Notes: a model not told the origin generated them from the letters alone. Positions 1 through 8,727 are shown, counted from the stretch's first letter. The stretch: 64,000 nt of DNA from an uncultured Actinomycetes bacterium (GCA_963824995.1 CAWGRK010000001.1:77094-141093), one strand, 5' to 3'. Made by a program: numbers and translations.

Positions 1-620
1 GGCCTCCTCGACCACTTCGGCAACTTCTCCGGCCGCCGTCCGCCGTCCGCCGTCTGCCGTCTCTTCTTCAGCGGCTCTTCCGTCTTCCGACTTCCGTCTT
101 CCGCCTCCTTCTTCTCCAACAGCTGCAACACCACCGATGCGGTGTTGCGGGTCAATGCAGAGAAGAGACCGGCAGCCTGAGCGAGCGGTGCCTGGAAGGC
201 TCCAGCCAGCTTGGCCAGGAGGACCGGGCGAGGCTCGACGTCGGCGAGCCTGCTCACCTGCTCGGGGAGCAGAATGCTCCCGCCGAGGAATCCGGCCTTG
301 ACCACGAGCTGCTTCGTGTTCCCGAGCGAAGTCGCGCAGCGCCTTGGCGGTCTCCGACCGGGTCGTTCCCGGCGAAAGCGAGGGCGGTTGGGACCGGTGA
401 GCCATTCCTCGGCATCCTCGATACCCAACTCCGCAGCAGCGAGGCGGGCCAGCGTCATCTTGACGATCTTGTATTCGGTCCCGCTGGCGCGCAGGTTTCG
501 CCGCAGTTGCTGCTGTTGAGCGACATTGAGACCGCGGTACTCGGTCAAGAATGTCGCTTGCGCCGCTTCGATCCGGCTTCTTATTTCTTCAACTGCCTGG
601 ACCTTTTCAGGTCGTGGCAT
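1..620 (-). CDS. rplJ: 50S ribosomal protein L10 with acidic C-terminal tail (3' end runs off window; internal indels)
   Basis: ATG at 620 after GAGGAGG gives MPRPEKVQAVEKIRSRIEAAQATFLTEYRGLNVAQQQQLRRNLR...YKIVKMTLAR, then LAKLAGAFQAP; lies downstream of rplA. Confidence 0.95.
   Translation of the reverse strand, partial: MPRPEKVQAVEEIRSRIEAAQATFLTEYRGLNVAQQQQLRRNLRASGTEYKIVKMTLARLAAAELGIEDAEEWLTGPNRPRFRRERPGRRPPRRCATSLGNTKQLVVKAGFLGGSILLPEQVSRLADVEPRPVLLAKLAGAFQAPLAQAAGLFSALTRNTASVVLQLLEKKEAEDGSRKTEEPLKKRRQTADGGRRPEKLPKWSRR
33..104. repeat. Two heptamer tandem arrays inside the rplJ tail: (CCGCCGT)3CTGCCGT at 33-60 and (CTTCCGN)4 at 77-104
   Basis: Read directly; the same unit types recur at 57747-57820. 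Confidence 0.85.
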
Positions 621-649
621 GCGTCCTCCTCAATGAGAAAGGTCCCGGC

Positions 650-770
650 CGGACACCAGGACCCTCGAGGAGGCCGCGCCAAGCGGTAACGACCCGATTC
701 CAAAGGTGACCTGCGCAGGCGGGTGGCTTGCCACCCCTTAGGCGATGCGCCTGCGGTCTCCGGCCTTGTT
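650..770 (-). promoter_or_regulatory. L10 leader (autoregulatory RNA)
   Basis: Minus strand GAGACCGCAGG...TAA-hairpin...CCTGCGCAGGTC upstream of rplJ matches the L10-leader core. Confidence 0.8.
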
Positions 771-860
771 GTCGGACAATGGTAACAGGTGAATTGCGAC
801 CGATTTCCGCGCCCGAATAAGCGCTAGACAAAGGGACCTTGCGGCGCGACACTGCGTGCA

Positions 861-1053
861 ACAGGGGGGCCTCGCCGGGCGGGACGTCCTCACCTGACCG
901 CTACCGTCCCGGGAGAGGCACGGCGAACGAGGACCTCGGTGGAGAGCAGCCCCTACCCTGCCCCACCGCAGAGGATCGGTTCTCTGGGTGGCACCCTGGC
1001 GGCCGCCCCGCCGCTCACCGCTGAGCAGCCGCTCCAGGGCGAGGCTCCCCTGT
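861..1053. repeat. About 193-bp element bounded by 16-bp inverted repeats (MITE-like or long stem)
   Basis: ACAGGGGGGCCTCGCC (861-876) pairs with GGCGAGGCTCCCCTGT (1038-1053), 15/16 complementary. Confidence 0.55.
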
Positions 1054-1062
1054 GGCCTTCCT

Positions 1063-1781
1063 TCAGTGGACGAGGGCTGTCAGGTCGTCCAGTTTGGCGA
1101 CGTCTACGGCGACGCCGGGTCCCATGGTCGACGAAACGGCGACGTGCCGGATGTAGCGTCCTTTTGCGGCGGCGGGCCGGGTCCGGACAATTTCGGAGGT
1201 GAGCGCTGCCAGGTTGCCGATCAGCTGGTCACGATCGAAGGAGACCTTGCCGATGGGGGCGTGGACGTTGCCATAGCGGTCGTTGCGGTACTCGATGCGC
1301 CCGGCCTTGAACTCTTCGACCGCCTTGCCCACGTCGGCGGTGACGGTGCCGGCCTTGGGGTTGGGCATCAGTCCCCGGGGGCCGAGCACACGGCCCAACT
1401 TCCCCACCTCGGACATCAGATCGGGAGTGGCGACGGCGATGTCGAAGTCGAGTGGCTGTTCGCCATCCTGGATCCGAGCAACCAGTTCGGGACCACCGAC
1501 CAGATCCGCACCGGCGGCCTCCGCCTCGCGCGCCTTGTCGGCCTGGGCGAACACGGCGACACGCACCGCCTTGCCGGTGCCGTGCGGAAGGCTGACCGTG
1601 CCCCTGACCATCTGGTCGGCCCGCCGTGGGTCGATCCCGAGTCGGAATGCGACCTCGACGGTCTCGTCGAAACTGGCCGGGGCGAGCACCTTGACGAGGT
1701 CTACGGCCTCATCTGCGGTGTACGAGGCATTGTGGTCGAAGCGACGCATCGCTTCCAGTACTTCTTGCCGTGTCTCGGCAT
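1063..1781 (-). CDS. rplA: 50S ribosomal protein L1 (indel near 1755)
   Basis: MPRHGKKY..., [57 protein letters not shown]. Confidence 0.97.
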
Positions 1782-1796
1782 GATCCGATTCCTTTC

Positions 1797-1835
1797 GTGG
1801 TCCAGACGAGCCGGCGGTTTGCCGAGCCCTCCCAC
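1797..1835 (-). promoter_or_regulatory. Putative L1-binding regulatory RNA before rplA
   Basis: GTGGGAGG...hairpin...GACCAC directly upstream of the rplA RBS, typical of the rplK-rplA L1 site. Confidence 0.65.
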
Positions 1836-1849
1836 AGCCCGCGATGTCG

Positions 1850-2279
1850 TCAGTCGACGACGTCGATACCCATGGAGCGGGCGGTCCCCTCGATCATCAA
1901 CATCGCCTGGCCGACGTCGTTGGCGTTGAGATCGGGCATCTTTGTCTCTGCGATCTGGCGGATCTGCGCTTTGGTCACCCGTCCCACCTTTTCGGTGCGG
2001 CGGGTCGAGGAAGCCCTTCGGCACCTGGGCAGCCTGACGCAGAAGGACGGCGGCAGGTGGCGTCTTGGTGACGAAGGTGAAGCTGCGGTCCTCGTAGATC
2101 GAGACCTCGACCGGGACGATCGTCCCCGTTTGGCTGGCGGTGGCATCGTTGTAGGCCCGGACGAAGTCCATGATGTTGACCCCGTGGGGACCGAGGGCCG
2201 TGCCCACCGGCGGCGCCGGGCTCGCCTGCCCGGCGGGGATCTGCAATTTCAATGTCGTAACGAGTCTCTTCCTACCCAT
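1850..2279 (-). CDS. rplK: 50S ribosomal protein L11 (indel near 2015)
   Basis: [30 protein letters not shown]...KTPPAA, then [11 protein letters not shown]...GTARSMGI. Confidence 0.97.
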
Positions 2280-2290
2280 GTGATTCCTTC

Positions 2291-2318
2291 TGAGTACCAA
2301 GTACTAAGTACTGAGTAC
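2291..2318. repeat. Heptamer tandem array (YRAGTAC)4 between the nusG stop and the rplK RBS
   Basis: TGAGTAC CAAGTAC TAAGTAC TGAGTAC. Confidence 0.9.
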
Positions 2319-2927
2319 TTACTGCTTGGTGATGTCCTCGAACCCGAGCTCCACCGGAGTGTCGCGTCCGAAGATGTTGACCAGCACCACGACCTTGGAC
2401 TGGTCCATGTTGATGCTCTCGATGACCCCGTTGAAATCGGCAAACGGCCCGGTTACCACCCGGACGGTCTCCCCGACCTCCCACTCCGGCTTGTAGCGGA
2501 GCTCCTTCTTGACTTCCTTCTTCTCCACCCCGAGGAAGCGCTCCACCTCGCGCCGCGACAGCGGCGAAGGCTTGCTCCCGCCCCCGACGAACCCGGTGAC
2601 CCCTGGCGTGTTGCGCACGGCGTACCAGGAGTCGTCGTCGAGGACCATCCGGACCAGGATGTACCCGGGAAACACCTTCTTCATCACGGTGACCTTCCGG
2701 CCACCCTTGAACTCGACCACCGGTTCGAGCGGAATGACGACCTCGAAGATCCGGTCCTCCATGTGCATCGACCGGATGCGGGTCTCGAGGTTGGCCTTGA
2801 CCTTGTTCTCGTAGCCCGAGTATGAGTGGATGACGTACCAGTCGCCCTCCAGGTCATACGGACTGGTAGCGACCTCTTCCTCTTCGACTACCTCGGTCTC
2901 ATCGATGATGTCGACGGCGTCGGTCAT
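2319..2927 (-). CDS. nusG: Transcription antitermination factor NusG
   Basis: WYVIHSYSGYENKVK, FPGYILVRM, VRNTPGVTGFVG, KOW motif GPFADFNG, IFGRDTPVEL. Confidence 0.98.
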   Translation of the reverse strand: MTDAVDIIDETEVVEEEEVATSPYDLEGDWYVIHSYSGYENKVKANLETRIRSMHMEDRIFEVVIPLEPVVEFKGGRKVTVMKKVFPGYILVRMVLDDDSWYAVRNTPGVTGFVGGGSKPSPLSRREVERFLGVEKKEVKKELRYKPEWEVGETVRVVTGPFADFNGVIESINMDQSKVVVLVNIFGRDTPVELGFEDITKQ

Positions 2928-3241
2928 CGCCTCACCCTTCCCGCCCCTTGCAGCAGCCACAGGATGCCCTCCTTGAGCACGACGTCGAAGGCGAAGACGA
3001 TCAGGGTCACCGCCGTGGTCGTGATCAGGGTCACCGAGGTGAAGGCGATCATCTGCTCGCGGGTCGGCCACTGCACGCGGCGTAGCTCGGTGCGGACCTC
3101 GCGGAAGAAGATGCCCAACCGTTGCCATAGGCTCGGCTTCTGCTCAGCCGGATTGCCGGTGGGTCGCTTGGGGCGCGCCTTCTGAGTCTGCTTCTGCCGT
3201 CGCTCCTCGCGCTCGACGAGGCGCCTCATCTCTCGGTTCAT
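2924..3241 (-). CDS. secE: Preprotein translocase SecE
   Basis: FFREVRTELRRVQWPTREQ plus a TM helix; lies between tRNA-Trp and nusG. Confidence 0.95.
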   Translation of the reverse strand: MNREMRRLVEREERRQKQTQKARPKRPTGNPAEQKPSLWQRLGIFFREVRTELRRVQWPTREQMIAFTSVTLITTTAVTLIVFAFDVVLKEGILWLLQGAGRVRR

Positions 3242-3265
3242 CTGATGTATCGCTTCCTTGCGGAG

Positions 3266-3339
3266 CAGGGGCGGCGGGACTCGAACCCGCAACCTCCGGT
3301 TTTGGAGACCGGCGCTCTGCCAATTCGAGCTACACCCCT
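3266..3339 (-). tRNA. tRNA-Trp (CCA)
   Basis: AGGGGTGTAGCTCGAATTGGCAGAGCGCCGGTCTCCAAAACCGG...GGTTCGAGTCC cloverleaf. Confidence 0.97.
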
Positions 3340-3440
3340 CCGGTTCCCCTCGGCTCGAAAGTGCGGGGACAGGGCGGTGAGCCCGCCTGGGCGAAGTCTA
3401 CCGGTGGGCCGGCGACAGTGTACACCCATGCCCCGCTGCC

Positions 3441-3774
3441 TCATCCAGGAGCGGCGACACCCCGACGGCGCGCCGCCACCATTGCTGCGGCCGCCGCCGC
3501 CGCCGCCAAGACTGAAGCCCCGGCGATGATCGGGCCCCGGGTCCACGCTCCCTCCGGGCGCGGCCTCCATCCGAGCCAGCACCAGCGTGACCAGTCCGGC
3601 CGGGGCGGGAATCAATTCGTGGCGGAGAAGTGCCAGCCGTCGCTGCAGCCGTCGGTCGTGCGCCGCGGAGGCCTGACAGGCGAGACAGCCGTCTGTGTGC
3701 TCCTTGGCAGCGGTGGCGCCGGGAAGGGTCGTTGTCGCCAGCGCACGCCGAACGAGATGGGTGCGCGCCGTCAC
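3441..3774 (-). CDS. Small ZAS-type anti-sigma factor with C-terminal TM helix (indel near 3535)
   Basis: HTDGCLAC (HxxxCxxC); overlaps the sigma stop; shifted frame gives IIAGASVLAAAAAAAMVAARRR. Confidence 0.75.
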
Positions 3775-4337
3775 GGGTGCCGTCCGTCGAGCATCTGTCT
3801 GAGCCGGAGGTGTGCCCTATGCAGGCGCACCTTGGCAGCGGTCTCGGATATCCCAAGGGCCTGCGACACGTCGTCGTGACTCCATCCGTAGATGTCCTTG
3901 AGGACCACCACCGCCCTCATCCCGATGGGGAGGGCGCCGATCGCATCTCCCAGCGCTTGCCGCAGATCGGCCACCTCGCCGACGCGCTCGGGTTGGCGGA
4001 GCGGGTCGGTGTCGGGGACCGCCAGCGCCTCGTCGAGTTGCGAAACCGGGCGAGCAGCTGTCCGGCGACGGTGGCTCCAAGCGGCGTTGACTGTGATCCG
4101 GTGGAGCCAGGTGGCGAACGCAGCATCACCTCGGAAGTTGGGCAAGGCCCGCCAGGCGCGGATGAAGGCGTCCTGGGCCACATCCGCCGCCACGGTCCTA
4201 TCGGCAACCAGTCTCACAGCCAGGGTGAACACCTCGTGCTGGTGGAGCCGGACCAGGTCGCCAAAGGCGTATCGGTCCCCCTGTCTGGCTCGATCCACCA
4301 GAAGTTCGACGCTCGATTCGACCCTCAGCTCTTGCAT
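3771..4337 (-). CDS. ECF sigma-70 factor
   Basis: AADVAQDAFIRAWRALPNFRGDAAFATWLHRITVN (region 2); VVVLKDIYGWSHDDVSQALGISETAAKVRLHRA (region 4). Confidence 0.93.
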   Translation of the reverse strand: MQELRVESSVELLVDRARQGDRYAFGDLVRLHQHEVFTLAVRLVADRTVAADVAQDAFIRAWRALPNFRGDAAFATWLHRITVNAAWSHRRRTAARPVSQLDEALAVPDTDPLRQPERVGEVADLRQALGDAIGALPIGMRAVVVLKDIYGWSHDDVSQALGISETAAKVRLHRAHLRLRQMLDGRHP

Positions 4338-4341
4338 GGGG

Positions 4342-5212
4342 TTACCCACCGTCCGCCGGCTCGAGCACAACCGTAGCGGTGACAAGTTCCTCGCCGCCGG
4401 AATCGACGCTCATGCGCAGCGAGCCGTTCTCCGTGCACCTCGCCCCCCACCGTGGCCGGCTCCCCCGGGCGCAGGGGCGACCTGAAGCGCAGCCGAACCT
4501 GACGGAGCGGTGTTTCCCCCTTCGAATGCCGGGCGGCGGCTTGGACCACCCATGACGCCATCAACAACCCGTGCGCAACGATTCCGGGAAGCCCGGCCGA
4601 CACCGCGGCGGCGTGGTCCCAATGGATGGGGTTCCAGTCCCCAGTGGCTGCCGCATAACGGAGGAGGTCGCCCCGGCTCGCCGACTTCTCCAGCGGTGGA
4701 AGCGGGGATCCGACTGCGGGCAGCGGCTGCTCCAAGGGGATGTCAGTGGCGGCTCGCTCTTCGGGGGCGGGTTCCGATCCCGGTCTCTCGGCTCTGCCGG
4801 AACACTCTCGACGACGACGAAGCTCGACGACGACGATTGCACCAGCCCGGAGGCGTCGCTGGTGGTCACGTCGAACCCGACGAACGTGGTCGCCCCCCTC
4901 GACCGGACCCGACCGACGACACCTTCCACCTCGACCTCGCTCCCCGTGACTGAAGGGGCGGTGCCACTCGAATGACTGCTCGGCGTGGATCACTCCACGA
5001 CCGGCAAGCTCCGGTGCAGCCAACAGTCTGGCGGCGACTGCAAACAGCGTGACCGAGGCAAACGAGGGTGGAGCGGCCGCCGTCCATCGCTCGGGATCGT
5101 CTCCGGTGGCCGCCACGAGATTCGACGCCCTTTCGGCGGTGACGGCGAGCGGTACAGGTCCGATCCGCCAACCTTCGAGGCGTTCCAAGTCGCGGCTGCC
5201 GTCAACGACCAC
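4342..5212 (-). CDS. Double hot-dog MaoC-like dehydratase (HadA/HadB-like fusion), frameshifted
   Basis: VIHAEQSFEWHRP N-domain; YAAATGDWNPIHWDHAAAVSAGLPGIVAHGLL hydratase motif; syntenic with hadAB after rpmG. Confidence 0.85.
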
Positions 5213-5345
5213 GGCGACCTGACGCGATCGGGACGGGGTCCCGCCGGTGGTCGGCGTTTCCCCGTCCCGATGCAGACCTGCTCACTCCACCCGCAAGGTC
5301 GGACGCGGCAACCTACCACCGGCAGGCCGCCGCACGCCCCTGGGA

Positions 5346-5507
5346 TCAACGGGTTTCTCGGTGGAGTGTGTGGGTCCGGCACCAGCGGCAGTACTTCTGT
5401 AGCCCGAGGCGGTCCCTGGTGTTGGTCTTGTTCTTGGTGGTGACGTAGTTGCGACGTTTGCACACGTCGCACGCCAACGTCAGCGGCGGTCTCTTGTCAG
5501 AAGGCAT
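5346..5507 (-). CDS. rpmG: 50S ribosomal protein L33 (Zn-ribbon type), not in the ORF track
   Basis: [53 protein letters not shown]. Confidence 0.96.
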   Translation of the reverse strand: MPSDKRPPLTLACDVCKRRNYVTTKNKTNTRDRLGLQKYCRWCRTHTLHRETR

Positions 5508-5534
5508 GCTCGCTCACTCGCTTCGCTCGTTCGC

Positions 5535-5628
5535 AGTACTTAGTACTTAGTACTCAGTACTCAGACTCCTGTTGTCCCGTACTCCTCGTCCTCTTCTTTC
5601 TAAGTACCAAGTACTAGGTACTAAGTAC
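5535..5628. repeat. Inverted pair of AGTAC-core heptamer arrays in the tuf-rpmG spacer
   Basis: (AGTACTY)4 at 5535-5562 and TAAGTAC CAAGTAC TAGGTAC TAAGTAC at 5601-5628. Confidence 0.9.
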
Positions 5629-5630
5629 CT

Positions 5631-5657
5631 CCTCAAGTGAGCTTCGCTCACTTGAGG
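5631..5657. repeat. Perfect 12-bp inverted repeat over the tuf stop codon
   Basis: CCTCAAGTGAGC-TTC-GCTCACTTGAGG. Confidence 0.85.
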
Positions 5658-6835
5658 ATCTTGGTCACCCGGCCGGCACCGACGGTGCGGCCACCCTCGC
5701 GGATGGCGAAACGCAGGCCCTCGTCCATGGCGATGGGGGCGATCAGCTCCACCGTCATCTGCGTCTGGTCACCGGGCATCACCATCTCGGTCCCCTCGGG
5801 GAGGGTCACCGAACCGGTGACGTCGGTGGTGCGGAAGTAGAACTGGGGGCGGTAACCGGAGAAGAACGGGTTGTGCCGCCCGCCCTCCTCCTTGGTCAAC
5901 ACGTACACCGCCGCCTCGAAATTGGTGTGCGGGGTGATCGACCCCGGCTTGGCCAGCACCTGGCCCCGCTCCACCTCCTCCTTGCCGACCCCCCGCAACA
6001 GAACCCCAACGTTGTCCCCCGCCCGGCCCTCGTCCAACAGCTTGCGGAACATCTCCACCCCGGTGGCCACGGTCTTTCTGGTGGGGCGGATCCCGACGAT
6101 CTCCACCTCCTCGTTGACCTTCAACACCCCCTGCTCCACCCGGCCGGTGACCACCGTCCCCCGCCCGGTGATGCTGAAGACGTCCTCGATCGCCATCATG
6201 AACGGCTTCTCCACGTCGCGCACCGGCTCGGGGACGTAGGAGTCCACCGCCTCCATCAACTCCACGATCTGGGTGGGACCCTCCCCCTCCCCGTCCAGGG
6301 CCTGCAGGGCCGAGCCGCGCACCACCGGGACCTCGTCCCCGGGGTACTCGTACTCGGTCAACAGGTCGCGCACCTCGAGCTCCACCAGGTCCAAGAGCTC
6401 GGGGTCGTCCACCATGTCCACCTTGTTCAAGAAGACCACGATCGAGGGCACCCCCACCTGGCGGGCCAAGAGGACGTGCTCCCGGGTCTGGGGCATGGGG
6501 CCGTCGGCCGCCGACACCACCAGGATGGCCCCGTCCACCTGGGCGGCGCCGGTGATCATGTTCTTGATGTAATCGGCGTGACCCGGCATGTCGACGTGGG
6601 CGTAGTGACGGTTGGGGGTCTCGTACTCCACGTGGGCGATCTGGATGGTGATCCCCCGCTCCCGCTCCTCGGGAGCCTTGTCGATCTGATCGAAGGAGGT
6701 GAACGCCACAGAAGAATCACGCTCGTGCAACACCTTGGTGATCGCCGCCGTCAACGTCGTCTTCCCATGATCGATATGACCCATGGTCCCCACATTCACA
6801 TGAGGCTTGGTCCGCTCAAACTTCGCCTTCCCCAT
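5648..6835 (-). CDS. tuf: Elongation factor Tu
   Basis: [54 protein letters not shown]; intact ORF. Confidence 0.99.
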   Translation of the reverse strand: MGKAKFERTKPHVNVGTMGHIDHGKTTLTAAITKVLHERDSSVAFTSFDQIDKAPEERERGITIQIAHVEYETPNRHYAHVDMPGHADYIKNMITGAAQVDGAILVVSAADGPMPQTREHVLLARQVGVPSIVVFLNKVDMVDDPELLDLVELEVRDLLTEYEYPGDEVPVVRGSALQALDGEGEGPTQIVELMEAVDSYVPEPVRDVEKPFMMAIEDVFSITGRGTVVTGRVEQGVLKVNEEVEIVGIRPTRKTVATGVEMFRKLLDEGRAGDNVGVLLRGVGKEEVERGQVLAKPGSITPHTNFEAAVYVLTKEEGGRHNPFFSGYRPQFYFRTTDVTGSVTLPEGTEMVMPGDQTQMTVELIAPIAMDEGLRFAIREGGRTVGAGRVTKILK

Positions 6836-6861
6836 CACAACTCCTTCTTCGTGTCCGTCGG

Positions 6862-6935
6862 TAGCGGCGGGCAGACTCGAACTGCCGACCTCTCGATTAT
6901 GAGTCGAGCGCTCTCACCTACTGAGCTACGCCGCC
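6862..6935 (-). tRNA. tRNA with CAT anticodon (elongator Met or Ile2)
   Basis: GGCGGCGTAGCTCAGTAGGTGAGAGCGCTCGACTCATAATCGAG...TTCGAGTC. Confidence 0.93.
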
Positions 6936-6995
6936 ACGCTGGTGCGCCGGCCGCACCGTCTTCAGTTGTCAACCCGGCCGGGACCGGCCGGGCGG

Positions 6996-7068
6996 AGCCC
7001 CCTTCCGGATTTGAACCGGAGACCTCCTCCTTACCATGGAGGCGCTCTGCCAGCTGAGCTAAGGGGGC
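6996..7068 (-). tRNA. tRNA-Thr (GGT)
   Basis: GCCCCCTTAGCTCAGCTGGCAGAGCGCCTCCATGGTAAGGAGG...GGTTCAAATCC. Confidence 0.96.
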
Positions 7069-7315
7069 GCGGGAGATCCTGCGCCAGAGCAACCAGCGTG
7101 GAGTATCCCCGCCGGATTCTCGGAGTCGCCAAGTATCGCACATCGCTGGAATGGCGGCGCCGTCGTAACGCGTCAGGTTGCCTGCCGCAGCCGAGTGAAC
7201 CCAGGCGAACCCCGCGCCATGATCGTCGCTAAACCAACACTTGACTCGACCGGCTCCAGGTGTAAAATTGATATTGATTGATAATAGAAGCCACGAGCCC
7301 TTGAAGGAGGCAGTC

Positions 7316-7747
7316 ATGGCCGAGTCGAGTCTGTACGAGAGGCTGGGCGGCGTGTTCGCCATCGCGGCAGTGGTGGACAGATTCAGCGACGCCCTCATCG
7401 AGAACCCGATCGTCGGTCAGGGGTCTGACAACCCTGCTCTGCGTGATTGGCACACCAACAATCTGGAGAGGCTTCCCGGCTTGAAGTTCATGCGAACCCT
7501 ATGGGTCTGCGACGTCGCCGGAGGTCCATTCGAGTTCACCGCAACCGAGCCGGGAAGCACGCCCTTGGGGCTGGAGGAGGCTCACCGCGAATTCCAGATC
7601 ACCCCATCGGAATTCGACGAAGTCGCTGCCGAACTGGGGCGCACCCTCGACAGCTTCGGGATCCCTTCCAAAGAGAAAGAGGAAGTCCTCGGCGCCTTCG
7701 CCGCGCACAAGGCCGAGGTGACCGAGGGCTCACTGGCTCCGGCATAG
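7316..7747 (+). CDS. Group I truncated haemoglobin
   Basis: SLYERLGGVFAIAAVVDRF...AGGP...AHREFQITPSEFDEVAAEL; RBS AAGGAGG. Confidence 0.88.
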   Translation: MAESSLYERLGGVFAIAAVVDRFSDALIENPIVGQGSDNPALRDWHTNNLERLPGLKFMRTLWVCDVAGGPFEFTATEPGSTPLGLEEAHREFQITPSEFDEVAAELGRTLDSFGIPSKEKEEVLGAFAAHKAEVTEGSLAPA

Positions 7748-8182
7748 GTCGGAGACCGCTTGATTCATCAGTCGGTGACCCTCACGGTCATATCGCCAGG
7801 ACCGTGCAGATTTAGCCACATCGCCACCACCGGCAAATTGGGGCATCGCTAGGTCGCGGGTCCAACTCGTCGTTCGGTTCGGCAGAGGTCCACCTGGAGC
7901 TCGGCGCGTCTACGGGGAACTACCGGGACGCCGGGTGCAAACCTCTGGACGCAGGTCTACGGTGCGCGGAGGAGTAACACGGGGGAGGGTCATATGACGA
8001 CCTCTGTGGGCGGGGCCGCGCCGGGACCTGTCCAATTTCCCGAGGTGTGCCGGGCGGGGGGCTGCGCTCGACGTCCTCTTTCCCTCGCCCTCGCTTCCGC
8101 CACGCTGCCTTCCATCCGGGCTCCCCCCTATCGAGAACGACACCAGCCTGAATCGATCAATTGGGGGGAGAAGAGGGGTTCC

Positions 8183-8680
8183 ATGAGAACCAAACTCAGA
8201 TTCGGGGCCGTGGCGGCGCTCCTGCTCGTGGTCGCCAGCCTTCCAGCGGCGGCCGCCTCACCGAAGACAGCAATGTCGACGGATGGCGCCGGCAGGGTCG
8301 AGGTACTGCGCGTCACCGCTATAAGCGCCTTCGAGGACGTAGATATCGACGTCGGGGATCCCGGGTTCAGCATCGGTGACTACTTCGTCTTCAACGACGA
8401 TCTGTTCATCGGTGACCGGAACGTTGGCGTCTTTGCCGGGACCTGCACACTGGTCGGCATAGGTGAGGACGAAGCAGTCACTTTCCATTGCCTGGGCACA
8501 GTCGACCTGCCAGCCGGCCAGATCATGGTGAGGACCCTGGCGACGTTCACCGAGACGACGGATCAGATCCGGGCGGCGATCACCGGAGGAACGAGGCGGT
8601 ACCGCACCGCCCATGGCGAGATGATCCTCAGGTTCGTGGACGAGACGGAGAGCACGCTCACGCTCCGAATCATTCGCTGA
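8183..8680 (+). CDS. Secreted allene-oxide-cyclase/dirigent-like beta-barrel protein
   Basis: Signal peptide; DVGDPGFSIGDYFVFNDDL, GTCT, AITGGTRRYRTAHG. Confidence 0.7.
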   Translation: MRTKLRFGAVAALLLVVASLPAAAASPKTAMSTDGAGRVEVLRVTAISAFEDVDIDVGDPGFSIGDYFVFNDDLFIGDRNVGVFAGTCTLVGIGEDEAVTFHCLGTVDLPAGQIMVRTLATFTETTDQIRAAITGGTRRYRTAHGEMILRFVDETESTLTLRIIR

Positions 8681-8689
8681 CCGGAGCCA

Positions 8690-8722
8690 GCGGGGGTGAC
8701 GTCGGTTCGGCGTCACCCCCGC
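8690..8722. terminator. Hairpin between convergent genes
   Basis: GCGGGGGTGACG...CGTCACCCCCGC. Confidence 0.75.
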
Positions 8723-8727
8723 CCTCC

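Noticed and set aside
2291..5628. Heptamer arrays as CRISPR mini-arrays
   Set aside because: The units are 7 bp and contiguous, with no spacers and no cas genes.
5873..7057. Long antisense or alternate-frame ORFs over tuf, rplA, nuo genes and others
   Set aside because: These are expected shadows of high-GC3 codon usage with no recognisable motifs.
7960..8135. Weak similarity (CCGGGCGGG...GACGTCCTC) to the 861-1053 element
   Set aside because: Too short and GC-rich to support a shared repeat family by eye.
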